64,000 nucleotides of DNA from an uncultured Deinococcaceae bacterium (lineage in GTDB: Bacteria > Deinococcota > Deinococci > Deinococcales > Deinococcaceae). Made by a program: the position numbers and the translations under genes. The stretch covers positions 1 through 64,000 of the forward strand of contig CAXULY010000031.1 of the NCBI GenBank assembly GCA_964252075.1, read 5' to 3'. Shown here piece after piece: positions 54,461 through 64,000 of this stretch (the stretch's first letter is position 1; every line of letters begins with the position of its first letter). The notes beneath the pieces were generated by a model. That model made no database searches. It saw only the letters and a program-made list of their open reading frames with translations, and was not told the DNA's origin.

Positions 54461-55546
54461 TTAAACGGGGACGGGCGCGCGGTCCAGGAGTGGCGCGAGG
54501 GCCGCCTGGAACTTGTCGTACCCGGCGAAGTCGAGCTGCTGCTCGTTGTCGCTGAGGGCCGTGGCGGGGTTCGGGTGCACCTCCACGTGAATGCCGTCCG
54601 CGCCGACGGCGAGCGCGGCCTTTGCAAGTGGGATGAGCAGGTCGCGGCGCCCGGCGGCGTGCGTGACGTCCACAATGACGGGCAGGTGTGTCTCCTGCTT
54701 CGCGATGGCGACGGCGCTGAGGTCCAGGGTGTTGCGCGTCCACTTCTCGAAGGTGCGGATGCCGCGCTCGCACAGGATCACCTCGCGGTTCCCCTCGGAG
54801 AAGATGTACTCCGCGGCGTACAGCCACTCCTCGATGGTGGCCGAGAGGCCGCGCTTGAGGAGCACGGGCTTGCGGGTGCGGCCCACTTCGCGCAGCAGCG
54901 CGAAGTTGTGCATGTTGCGCGCGCCGACCTGCAGGATGTCGGCGTGCTCGGAGACGATCTCCACGTCGCGGGTGTCCATGACTTCCGTGACGAACAGCAT
55001 GCCGTGCTCGCGCGCGGCGCCCGCCCCGATGATGAGGCCGTCCACGCCCATCCCCTGGAAGCCGTAGGGGCTCGTGCGGGGCTTGTAGGCGCCGCCGCGC
55101 AGGATCTTGATGCCCTTGCCCGCGAGGAAGGTGGCGGTCTCTTCCATCTGCTCCTCGGACTCGATGGAGCACGGGCCCGCCACGATGATGGGCGGCGCGT
55201 CTCCGCCGATCTTCACGCCCTTGATGTTCAGGACGGTGTCGGCGGGCTGCACCTTGCGGGACACCAGCAGTTGCTTCTTGTCGTTGGTTTCCTCAAGGTC
55301 GAGGCTCGCCTTGAAGATCTCCTTGAAGATGCTGCGCACGGCGGCATTGCTGAAGGGCCCCTGGTTGAGCGCGTCGAGCGCCCGGAACTGCAGTTCCTCA
55401 CGTTTGGGGTCGTAGTGGCTGGGCTGACCCTCCAGGGTCTTGGCGCGCCCAATCTGGGCGACCACCTCGCCACGCTTGCTGAGGAGCGTCAGGATGTCAC
55501 GGTTGATCTCGTCCACCTGACCGCGCAGTTCTTCGATGCTGGACAT
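54461..55546 (-). CDS. Bifunctional chorismate mutase / DAHP synthase
   Basis: N-terminal AroQ-like LRGQVDEINRDILTLL; AGPCSIE, GGAYKPRTSPY, LKRG, CERG. Confidence 0.93.
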   Translation of the reverse strand: MSSIEELRGQVDEINRDILTLLSKRGEVVAQIGRAKTLEGQPSHYDPKREELQFRALDALNQGPFSNAAVRSIFKEIFKASLDLEETNDKKQLLVSRKVQPADTVLNIKGVKIGGDAPPIIVAGPCSIESEEQMEETATFLAGKGIKILRGGAYKPRTSPYGFQGMGVDGLIIGAGAAREHGMLFVTEVMDTRDVEIVSEHADILQVGARNMHNFALLREVGRTRKPVLLKRGLSATIEEWLYAAEYIFSEGNREVILCERGIRTFEKWTRNTLDLSAVAIAKQETHLPVIVDVTHAAGRRDLLIPLAKAALAVGADGIHVEVHPNPATALSDNEQQLDFAGYDKFQAALAPLLDRAPVPV

Positions 55547-55619
55547 GCCGCCAGTCTAGAAAAACGCGCCCCACGGGGGGGCGCGTGCGCTAGTCAGGTG
55601 GTCTACAAGTCGTCTAGGT

Positions 55620-56381
55620 TCAGCCCTGCAGGGTGGCGCTGGGCTGCGCCTTGCGCTCGAACAGGCGCGAGAGCAGCACGCCCAGCTCGTACAGCGCGTA
55701 GATGGGCACGGCGACCAGCGTCATGTTCCACGGGTCGGGCGTGGGCGTGATGACCGCCGCGAGAATCAGGATCGCCACGAACGCGAACTTGCGCACGCGG
55801 GACAGCATCCGCCAGTTCACGATGCCGATGCGCGTCAGGATCACGGACAGGATGGGCAGTTCGAAGATCAGGCCGGTCGCCGCCATGAAGGTGATGACCG
55901 TCCCCACGTAATCCGAGATGCGCAGCATGTTCTGCACCTGCCCACCCAGGAAGTCCAGCAGGAAGCCCACCATGTTTGGCAGCATGACCTTGTAGCAGAA
56001 GAACGCGCCGCCCGCGAAGGCAAGGCCCGCACCCAGGATGAACGGCACCGCCCAGCGGCGCTCGCTGGGGTACAAGCCGGGCGCGATGAAGGCCCACACC
56101 TGGTACACGATGAAGGGCAGCGCGATCACGAGGCCCGCCCACATGCTGATGGTGAGGCTCAGCATGAACTGGTCGGTGAGTTGCGTCGCGACGAGGTTCA
56201 CGGTCGCGTGCACGTGCTTCAGGGGGGCTTTCAGGAGCGCCAGCAGGGTGTCGCGGTAGTTCCAGGCCACGCCCACGCCGAGCGCCCAGAAGACGGCGGC
56301 GTAGATGATGCGGCGCCGCAACTCCTCCATGTGGTCGAGGATCGGCGCGCTGGCCAGCTCGCCTTGCGGGGCCATCGCCAT
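55620..56381 (-). CDS. tatC: Twin-arginine translocase TatC
   Basis: HMEELRRR, WAFIAPGLY, FELP, TPTPD. Confidence 0.95.
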   Translation of the reverse strand: MAMAPQGELASAPILDHMEELRRRIIYAAVFWALGVGVAWNYRDTLLALLKAPLKHVHATVNLVATQLTDQFMLSLTISMWAGLVIALPFIVYQVWAFIAPGLYPSERRWAVPFILGAGLAFAGGAFFCYKVMLPNMVGFLLDFLGGQVQNMLRISDYVGTVITFMAATGLIFELPILSVILTRIGIVNWRMLSRVRKFAFVAILILAAVITPTPDPWNMTLVAVPIYALYELGVLLSRLFERKAQPSATLQG

Positions 56382-56386
56382 GAGAC

Positions 56387-56542
56387 TTAGGCTTCCTTCT
56401 TGGGCTCGGCGTCGTCCTTGGTGCTCTTGCGGAATTCACGGATGCCCTCGCCGATGCCCTTCCCGAGCTGCGGCAGTTTGCTGGCACCGAAAATCAGAAT
56501 CACGACGACGAGAATCAGGATCAGTTCAAGAGGTCCGGGCAT
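56387..56542 (-). CDS. tatA: Twin-arginine translocase TatA (51 aa, not in ORF track)
   Basis: Manual translation [51 protein letters not shown]. Confidence 0.93.
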   Translation of the reverse strand: MPGPLELILILVVVILIFGASKLPQLGKGIGEGIREFRKSTKDDAEPKKEA

Positions 56543-56714
56543 GGTGTTCCCTTCTTGGAGCCTTCGGCAGACCGTTGCAGGTTCCGCCTTTGAGTGTAGG
56601 GGCCCTCGGGTGATCAGACCGTCACCTGGGCCGCACGGTGGCTGAACACCAGGGTATACACGCCCGGGTCTTCCGTGGATGTTCAGCGGACCTTGATGCA
56701 GAGGCCCGCCGGGC

Positions 56715-58164
56715 TCACTCGGGGCTGGTGGTGTGCTGGCGCGTCAGCCACGCGGCGAGCCAGGGGAGCTTCTCGCCGAGCGCCGCGCCGAAGCGACCCC
56801 AGTAGCGGGCGCTGTACCCGGAGAGGGTCCGCTGCTTGCCGCGCGCGACGGCGAGCGCGCCCTCTGGCACGTCCTCGTGCAGGGTGGAGCCCGCCGCGAT
56901 GAAGGCGGCGTCCCCGATGACGCGCGGCGCGATGAGGGTGCTGTTGCTGCCCACGAACACGCCCGCGCCGATGTCCGTGCGGTGCTTGTTCACCCCGTCG
57001 AAGTTCGCGATGATGGTGCCCGCCCCGATGTTCGTCTCGGCGCCCACGCGGGCGTCCCCCAGGTACGCGAGGTGCCCGGCCTTGGCGCCCGCGTCCAGGG
57101 TGGCGTTCTTGACCTCCACGAAGTTCCCGACGTGCACGTGCTCGCGCAGCTCAGTGCCGGGCCGCAGGCGCGCGAAGGGCCCCACGTGGCTGCCCGCCCC
57201 CACCACGGCGCCCTCCAGCACGCTGTGCGGCTTCACGATGACGCCCTCGGCGAGGTCGCTGTCCTGCACGATGCTGTACGCGCCGATCTCGGCGCCCACG
57301 GCGGCGCGCGTGTGGCCGCGCAGCACGGCGCCCACACCCACCCGCACGTCCGGCGCGAGCTCCACGTCGTCCTCGATGACGGTCGTGTGGGGGTCCTCCA
57401 GCGTGACGCCCGCGCGCATGTGCCGCGCGTTGATGCGCGCGCGCATGAGGCGCTCCAGCTCCGCGAGTTGCACGCGGTCGTTGGCACCCATGACCTCGCT
57501 GGCGTCCGGCACGCGGTACGCGCCCACCTGCGCGCCCTCCTCTCGGTACAGGGCCAGCAGGTCCGTGAGGTAGTACTCGCGCGCCACGTTGTCGTCCGTG
57601 ATGCGCTCCGCGAGGCCGCGGGCGCGCTCATCCATGGCGTACACGCCGCTGTTGAACTCTGTGAGGCGCCTCTCCTCGGGTGTGGCGGCCTTCTCCTCCA
57701 CGATGCGCGTCACGAAGCCCTGCGCGTCCCGCACGATGCGGCCGTAGCCGGTGGCGTCCGGCAGCTCACCCGTCAGGATGGTGAGGCCCGCCGCGTGCGC
57801 GCGGTGCTGCTCCAGCAGGCGCGTGAGGGTGGCGGGGTCCAGCAGCGGGGTGTCGCCGTACAGCACCAGCACGTCCGCGCCGCCCGCGAGTTCCCGGGCG
57901 CCCACCAGGAAGGCGTGCCCGGTGCCGCGCTGCTCGTGCTGCCGCGCGAAGCGCACGCCGTGCCCGGCGAGGGCCGCCTCCACCTGCTCGGCGCCGTGTC
58001 CCGTCACGACCACGATGTCGCGCGCGCCCTGCGCCTGCGCGGCGCGCACCGCCCACCCCACCATGGGGCGCCCGCACACGGGGTGCAGGACCTTCGGGAG
58101 GCGGCTGCGCATGCGGGTGCCCTGCCCCGCCGCCAGGATGATCACGTCCAGCGGACGCGCGCCC

Positions 58165-58181
<17 letters not shown>
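56715..58181 (-). CDS. glmU: Bifunctional UDP-GlcNAc pyrophosphorylase / acetyltransferase
   Basis: [19 protein letters not shown], hexapeptide repeats, GNFVEVK. Confidence 0.96.
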
Positions 58182-59100
<919 letters not shown>

Positions 59101-59169
59101 GACGACCCAGTGTACCGTGCCTGATGGTGCGCTCATGTGAAGGCGCCGCCACGGCCGGAGCGGGTGGCG

Positions 59170-59397
59170 TTAGGGGAGGTTCAGGCGCTGCAGGCGCGCG
59201 CGGGAGATGACGCCCTTGGCGAGCACCTGCGCGCCGCGCGCGAGCACCGGCACGTCCCAGCCGTAGCGGGCCTCCAGGTCCGCGTTCCCGCTGACCTCCA
59301 CCCGCGTGAACGGCACCTTGAGGCCCGCGAGGGTCTCCTCGGCCTGCTCGCACAGGTGACAGCCCCGGCGGGAGTACAGGGTGAGGTCCGGCGTCAC
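59170..59397 (-). CDS. Glutaredoxin-like protein (DUF836)
   Basis: LYSRRGCHLCE, YGWDVPV. Confidence 0.85.
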   Translation of the reverse strand: MTPDLTLYSRRGCHLCEQAEETLAGLKVPFTRVEVSGNADLEARYGWDVPVLARGAQVLAKGVISRARLQRLNLP

Positions 59398-59873
59398 GCG
59401 AGCCTCCAGATCACCAGCGTGCCCATCAGGACATGCAGCACCAGCTTCCCCGCGATGCCCGCCAGCATGCCGACCAAGGTGCCCCAGCCGGAGCGCAGGC
59501 CGTCACGCACGGAGCGGCGCATGACGAGCACCTCGCCCGCCACGGCGCCCACCAGCGGCATGGCGAAGAGGCCCCACGGCGGGAAGACGAAGAGGCCCGC
59601 GAAGCCGCCCAGCAGCGCGCCCCACATGGCGGCGCGGCTCCCGCCGTACTTGCGCGCGCCCCACGCGGAGGCCACGTTGTCCAGCACGGCGGACGCGCCG
59701 CCCAGCAGCGCCACCAGCGCCAGCCACGGCCACGACAGCAGCGTGAAGCCGTCCAGAAAGCCCGCCAGCAGCGCGCCCCCCAGGATGATCCAGACGGCGG
59801 GCACCACGGGAATGAAGGTGCCGACCACGCCCACCAGCCACAACACCACGAAGACCAGCAGCGGCCAGTTCAT
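59394..59873 (-). CDS. DUF456 membrane protein
   Basis: GTFIPVVP, GARKYGGS..AMWGA. Confidence 0.85.
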   Translation of the reverse strand: MNWPLLVFVVLWLVGVVGTFIPVVPAVWIILGGALLAGFLDGFTLLSWPWLALVALLGGASAVLDNVASAWGARKYGGSRAAMWGALLGGFAGLFVFPPWGLFAMPLVGAVAGEVLVMRRSVRDGLRSGWGTLVGMLAGIAGKLVLHVLMGTLVIWRLA

Positions 59874-59930
59874 GTTGCAGGGTACGCGGTGGGGGCGCGT
59901 GAGGTTCCGCGCGCCCCCACCGCCCGCCGT

Positions 59931-61139
59931 TTACTGCCCGAGGGCTTTCTTCTGGGCGTCCGCGAGGGCCTGTGCGGCGCTCGCCTGCCCCTGAATGGCG
60001 CGCAGGATCGCTTCCTCTAGGGCCTTCTGCCACACCGCGTACTGCGCGACCTTGGGGCGCGGCACGGCGCGGTCCAGCTGCGCGAAGGCCGCCTGCCGGT
60101 AGGGATTCTGCGCGTAGTAGTCCGCGAGCTTGGCCTGCACGCTCCGGCGGGGCGTCATGTAGCTCGTCTCGCGCACCCAGGTGTTCAGCACTTCGGGGCG
60201 CATCAGGTACTGCCAGAAGGCCTCGGCGCCCGCCTGCGCCTGCGCGCCCGCGCCCTTCATCACCACGAGCTCCGCGCCGCCGAAGGGCACCGCGCAGGTC
60301 TTGTCGCATGGCATGGGCGCGGCGCCCAGCTCGAACAGCACGGTGTACTTCTGGAAGTCCGTCCAGTTCGCGATGGACGCGACCGCCATGAGGTTCGCGC
60401 CGCGCACGAAATCCAGGGCGGCGCGCGTCGCCTCGTCCAGGCTGCGCGGCTGCGCGCTGCGCTTCTGGCTCATGCGGGCGAGGCTGTCGAGCGCCGCGAC
60501 CACCTCGGGGCTCGTGAAGTTCGGCTTGCCGTCCTTCACGACGCTGCCGCCGCGCGCGTCCACGAGCTGCTCGAAACTCCAGGAGTCGTTCGTGACGAGC
60601 AGGCCGCGCCGCCCGCGCCCGGAGAGCTTCGCGGCGGCGGCCTCCACGTCCGCCCAGGTTTTGGGTGCGGCGACGCCCGCGCGTCGGAGCGCCCCGGCGT
60701 TGTAGTACAGCACGGGCGTGCTGACGTTCCACGGCAGGCCGTAGCGCGCGCCGCCAATCTCGCCGTAGTTCCACACGGCGGGGTAAAAGTCGCCCGTGAA
60801 GTCCGGGGTGAGGGTCTTCTCGAAGGCGTCGAGGTTCACGACCTGCCCCGCCGCGACCAGACCGGGGAAGGTGCTGAGTTCCGCCTGGAACAGGGTGGGG
60901 GGATTCCCGGCTTTCAGCGCGGCCTGCAGCTTGGCTTCCGCGTCGCGGTAGTTGCCGACGGAGGTGGGAATGACCTGGTAGGCGCTCTGTGATTTGTTGA
61001 AGTCGTCGGCGAGGCGCTGCACGAGGCCGCTGGCGCTCTCCATGCTGTGCCAGAAGGTGACCTGAACGGGCGCGGCGGCGGCCTGACCCAGGGCGGCAAG
61101 ACCCACGCTGAGGGCGGCGAGGCGGGAGAAGCTCGTCAT
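59931..61139 (-). CDS. ABC substrate-binding protein (UgpB-like)
   Basis: VTFWHSM, FNKSQ, LPWNVSTPVLYYN. Confidence 0.85.
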   Translation of the reverse strand: MTSFSRLAALSVGLAALGQAAAAPVQVTFWHSMESASGLVQRLADDFNKSQSAYQVIPTSVGNYRDAEAKLQAALKAGNPPTLFQAELSTFPGLVAAGQVVNLDAFEKTLTPDFTGDFYPAVWNYGEIGGARYGLPWNVSTPVLYYNAGALRRAGVAAPKTWADVEAAAAKLSGRGRRGLLVTNDSWSFEQLVDARGGSVVKDGKPNFTSPEVVAALDSLARMSQKRSAQPRSLDEATRAALDFVRGANLMAVASIANWTDFQKYTVLFELGAAPMPCDKTCAVPFGGAELVVMKGAGAQAQAGAEAFWQYLMRPEVLNTWVRETSYMTPRRSVQAKLADYYAQNPYRQAAFAQLDRAVPRPKVAQYAVWQKALEEAILRAIQGQASAAQALADAQKKALGQ

Positions 61140-61298
61140 GGCGAGGCCAGTGTAGAGCGGGAGGCGGGCCTGCGCGCTGAGAATCCAGCAGGCGCCGTTC
61201 CCCTGCGGTCGCTGCCGCCCATTTTTCGGTCGCGCGGTGAGGCGCGTGCGCTACAGTGCAGGCGATGAAGGCCACATGAGCCTTCAGCAAAGGAACCG

Positions 61299-62279
61299 AT
61301 GACCGGAGCGCGCGAAATTGCGGGATACCAGAGCATGCGCCTGTTGGGGCGCGGCAACACCTCGTGGGTGTACCTCGCCCTGGACGAACGCCAGCGCAAG
61401 GTCGCCCTCAAGATTCCATTCCCCGACACGCTCGCGAGCCCTGAGGCCGCCGAGCGCTTCGCGAACGAGGTGCGCGTCAGCCTGCGGCTGCGCCACGATC
61501 GCCTCGTGGTGGGGTACGAGGGCACGCACTTCGGTGAGGACGCCTTCCTGACCATGCGGTACTTCCCGGAGGGCACGCTGAGCCGCTGGCTGGAGCTGGG
61601 TCGCCTCTCGACCGCCGAGGGCCTGCGCGTCACGGCGGACCTCGTGGCGGCCCTCGTGTACCTGCACCGCCAGGGGGTCGTGCATCAGGACGTCAAGGCG
61701 CAGAACGTGTACCTCGACGCGGGCCGCGCGGCGCTCGGGGATTTCGGCGCGGCGTACTTCATCGCGCAGGGCGGCAAGACCGCCGGGAGCCCCTTCTACA
61801 TGGCGCCCGAAATTTACCTGGGGGAGCAGAGCACCGGCAAGAGCGACGTGTACAGCCTGGGCGTGGTGGCGTACGAGGTGCTGGGCGGCGAGCGGCCCTT
61901 CCGCTCCGACAGTTACGACGGCCTGATGACGGCGCACCTGAACCACTACCCGCGCCCACTCACGCACCTGAACAGCGAGGTGCCGCAGCAGCTGTCGCGC
62001 CTCGTGGAGCACTGCCTCGCCAAACGACCGGAGAACCGACCGGACATCCTGGAGGTCGCGCGCCTGCTGGGCCCCCTGGTGGGTGAATCCCTGAACGGCC
62101 AGGACGAGGCGCCGCCCAGCCCGGAGGCGGCGCCCATCGCGGAGCCCGCGCGCCCCGTGCTGCGGGGCCGCCACAGCGTCAGCGCCTCAGCGCCCGCCCC
62201 GAGCGTGCCCGAGCCCAAGGCCGTCACGCCGGGCGACGCGGAGAAGCGCCCCTGGAACCCCTTCAAGCGCCGCCGTTGA
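61299..62279 (+). CDS. Hanks-type Ser/Thr protein kinase (non-RD)
   Basis: LGRG, VALK, HQDVKAQN, DFG, YMAPE, DVYSLG. Confidence 0.92.
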   Translation: MTGAREIAGYQSMRLLGRGNTSWVYLALDERQRKVALKIPFPDTLASPEAAERFANEVRVSLRLRHDRLVVGYEGTHFGEDAFLTMRYFPEGTLSRWLELGRLSTAEGLRVTADLVAALVYLHRQGVVHQDVKAQNVYLDAGRAALGDFGAAYFIAQGGKTAGSPFYMAPEIYLGEQSTGKSDVYSLGVVAYEVLGGERPFRSDSYDGLMTAHLNHYPRPLTHLNSEVPQQLSRLVEHCLAKRPENRPDILEVARLLGPLVGESLNGQDEAPPSPEAAPIAEPARPVLRGRHSVSASAPAPSVPEPKAVTPGDAEKRPWNPFKRRR

Positions 62280-62401
62280 GCTTGGTCGTCCCTTCAGGTG
62301 ACCTGAACGGGAATTTCACAGGGCGCGCCAAAGCACCATCCCGGCGCGGCGCGACTCCTAGCGTGGAGGGGTTTCCATCACCTCAACAAGGGAGGCACAC
62401 C

Positions 62402-62671
62402 ATGAGCGATGACAAGAGCCTGGGAAGCCGCGTGGGCGCGGCGCTGGACCGCGCCGAGGACAAGCTGTCGGACGCCGTGACGGCCGGCAAGGAGCGCGTG
62501 AACGCCGGGGCGGACGAGGCCCGGGCGCAGGCGCACGACGCGAAGGCGGAGACGGCCGATAACCCCATCGACCGCGTGGTGGAGCAGGGCAAGGGCGCGG
62601 TGGACCGCGTGAAGTCCGGCCTGCACGACGCGAATGCCGACGCGCACGCGGAGCGCGCCAAGGACCGCTGA
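62402..62671 (+). CDS. Small hydrophilic LEA/CsbD-like protein
   Basis: GGAGG RBS; A/D/K/E-rich amphipathic repeats. Confidence 0.7.
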   Translation: MSDDKSLGSRVGAALDRAEDKLSDAVTAGKERVNAGADEARAQAHDAKAETADNPIDRVVEQGKGAVDRVKSGLHDANADAHAERAKDR

Positions 62672-62708
62672 CCCACACCGTCAGGGCGGGACCGCGCTGG
62701 TCCCGCCC

Positions 62709-63398
62709 TCAGGCTTTGGCCGGGTAGACCTTGAGTTCCGTCAGGTGGCCGTACGGCGTGCGGCGCAGCAGGAACGACACCGCCTGCGCCAGCTCACGCG
62801 GGTCGATCAGGGTGTCGTCGTCGGCGCCCTTGATGCTCTGGCGGTTCCTCGCGGTGTCGATGCTGCCCATGGGGTAGAGCGTCGCGGCGTACACGCCCCG
62901 GTCCTTGTACTCGGCGTTCAGGCTGCCCAGGTACGCGCTCACAGCGGCCTTGCTGGCCGTGTACAGGGCCGCCTTGGGGCCCGAAAGGCGCGCCGCCTGA
63001 CCGGCACTCACGCCCACCACCACGCCTTCTTTCTGCTTGAGCATGTACGGCAGCGTGCCCTGCACCGCATGGAACAGCGTGTCGAAGTTCACCGCGAACA
63101 TCGCGCGCAGGTCCGCCTCGGTGGCCTTCACGGCGTCCTGCGCCGTGAAGGCCCCCACCGTGTGCACCAGGGCGTCCGCCTTCTGCTTCGCGAGGATCTC
63201 GACGCTTGAAGGGTCCGTGAGGTCCAGGTCCAGCGCGGCCTTCGCAGGGAAGCGGTCCTCGGCGCGCGCGAGGCTCTCCCCGCGCCCCACCAGCACCAGT
63301 TCGGCGCCCTGATCCACGAGTTCCCCGGCGATGACGGTCGCGAGCGCGCCGCCCGCCCCGGTCAGCATGACGGTGGTGCCGTTCAGACTTCGGCTCAT
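62709..63398 (-). CDS. SDR family oxidoreductase
   Basis: TGAGGALA, YTASK. Confidence 0.85.
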   Translation of the reverse strand: MSRSLNGTTVMLTGAGGALATVIAGELVDQGAELVLVGRGESLARAEDRFPAKAALDLDLTDPSSVEILAKQKADALVHTVGAFTAQDAVKATEADLRAMFAVNFDTLFHAVQGTLPYMLKQKEGVVVGVSAGQAARLSGPKAALYTASKAAVSAYLGSLNAEYKDRGVYAATLYPMGSIDTARNRQSIKGADDDTLIDPRELAQAVSFLLRRTPYGHLTELKVYPAKA

Positions 63399-63467
63399 GG
63401 GCTCAGCCTAGCAGGGCCCAGGTGAGCCGTTCCTTCACCCGGACCCCACGCGTGGCGGCCCGCCCCG

Positions 63468-64000
63468 TCAGCCGACCAGTTCCTCCGGCAGCGCCGCCGC
63501 GCGCACCGCCTCCCACTCACCCTCGCCCATCACAAAGGGCGCGCGCTGCACGGGCGTCGTCACGCGCGGCCCGCGGGGGTCCAGGTACACGTTCACCTCA
63601 CTGCGGACGCCGTACCCGTCTGCGAGGGGGTACACGCCCGGCTCGATGGTCACCGCGAGGCCCGGCAGGAGCTTGCGCGTGTCGTGCGTCTCCAGGTCGT
63701 CGAGGTTCGCGCCCGCGCCGTGAATCTGCACGCCGAGGCTGTGCCCCAGGCGGTGCGTGAAGTGCTCCCCGAGGCCGCTTGCCTCGATCACGCCGCGCGC
63801 CGCGCGGTCCAGCATCCAGCCCTCCGCGTCCCGCCACTGGTTCTTCAGGAGCGCGATGGCACTGTCCCGCGCGCTCGACACGACCTCCCACGCGCGCGAG
63901 AAGGCGGGCGAGCATGGCCCCGCGAAGCCCATCCACGTTACGTCTGCGAAAGGACGGCCCGGCTCCTGGCACCACAGGTCAATCAGCACGCACTGCCCGA
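63468..64000 (-). CDS. M24 family metallopeptidase (5' part outside window)
   Basis: ADVT, HRLGHSLG...HG, TIEPGVY, GVRSE. Confidence 0.88.
   Translation of the reverse strand, partial: GQCVLIDLWCQEPGRPFADVTWMGFAGPCSPAFSRAWEVVSSARDSAIALLKNQWRDAEGWMLDRAARGVIEASGLGEHFTHRLGHSLGVQIHGAGANLDDLETHDTRKLLPGLAVTIEPGVYPLADGYGVRSEVNVYLDPRGPRVTTPVQRAPFVMGEGEWEAVRAAALPEELVG

Overview
GC-rich chromosomal window, most likely from a Deinococcus species: it has an RDRM box at ruvB, many leaderless promoters, PolX-PHP and a caa3-type oxidase with fused subunit I/III. Bases 1-5.9 kb are the right part of an integrative element inserted at the 3' end of a stand-alone tRNA-Ile(GAT). The element carries an XRE repressor on symmetric divergent promoters, two small hypothetical genes, a ColE2-type primase/replicase, cargo genes (ArsR+VOC, SH3-DUF3761, Rid) and a tyrosine integrase. 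Two 25-bp origin-like direct repeats bracket the ArsR+VOC cassette. The rest of the window is mostly core genome, in this order: an uncharacterised nitroreductase-like/peptide-ABC/hydrolase operon; the cytochrome c oxidase cluster, interrupted by a lipase plus putative immunity pair; ruvB, dnaG, yqgE and lon; sugar and branched-chain ABC transporters; PolX; a cluster of secreted C1-peptidase and CAP lipoprotein genes; CM-DAHP synthase, tatAC, glmU, lgt, a Ser/Thr kinase, an SDR and a partial M24 peptidase. All calls come from reading motifs by eye; no database search was run.
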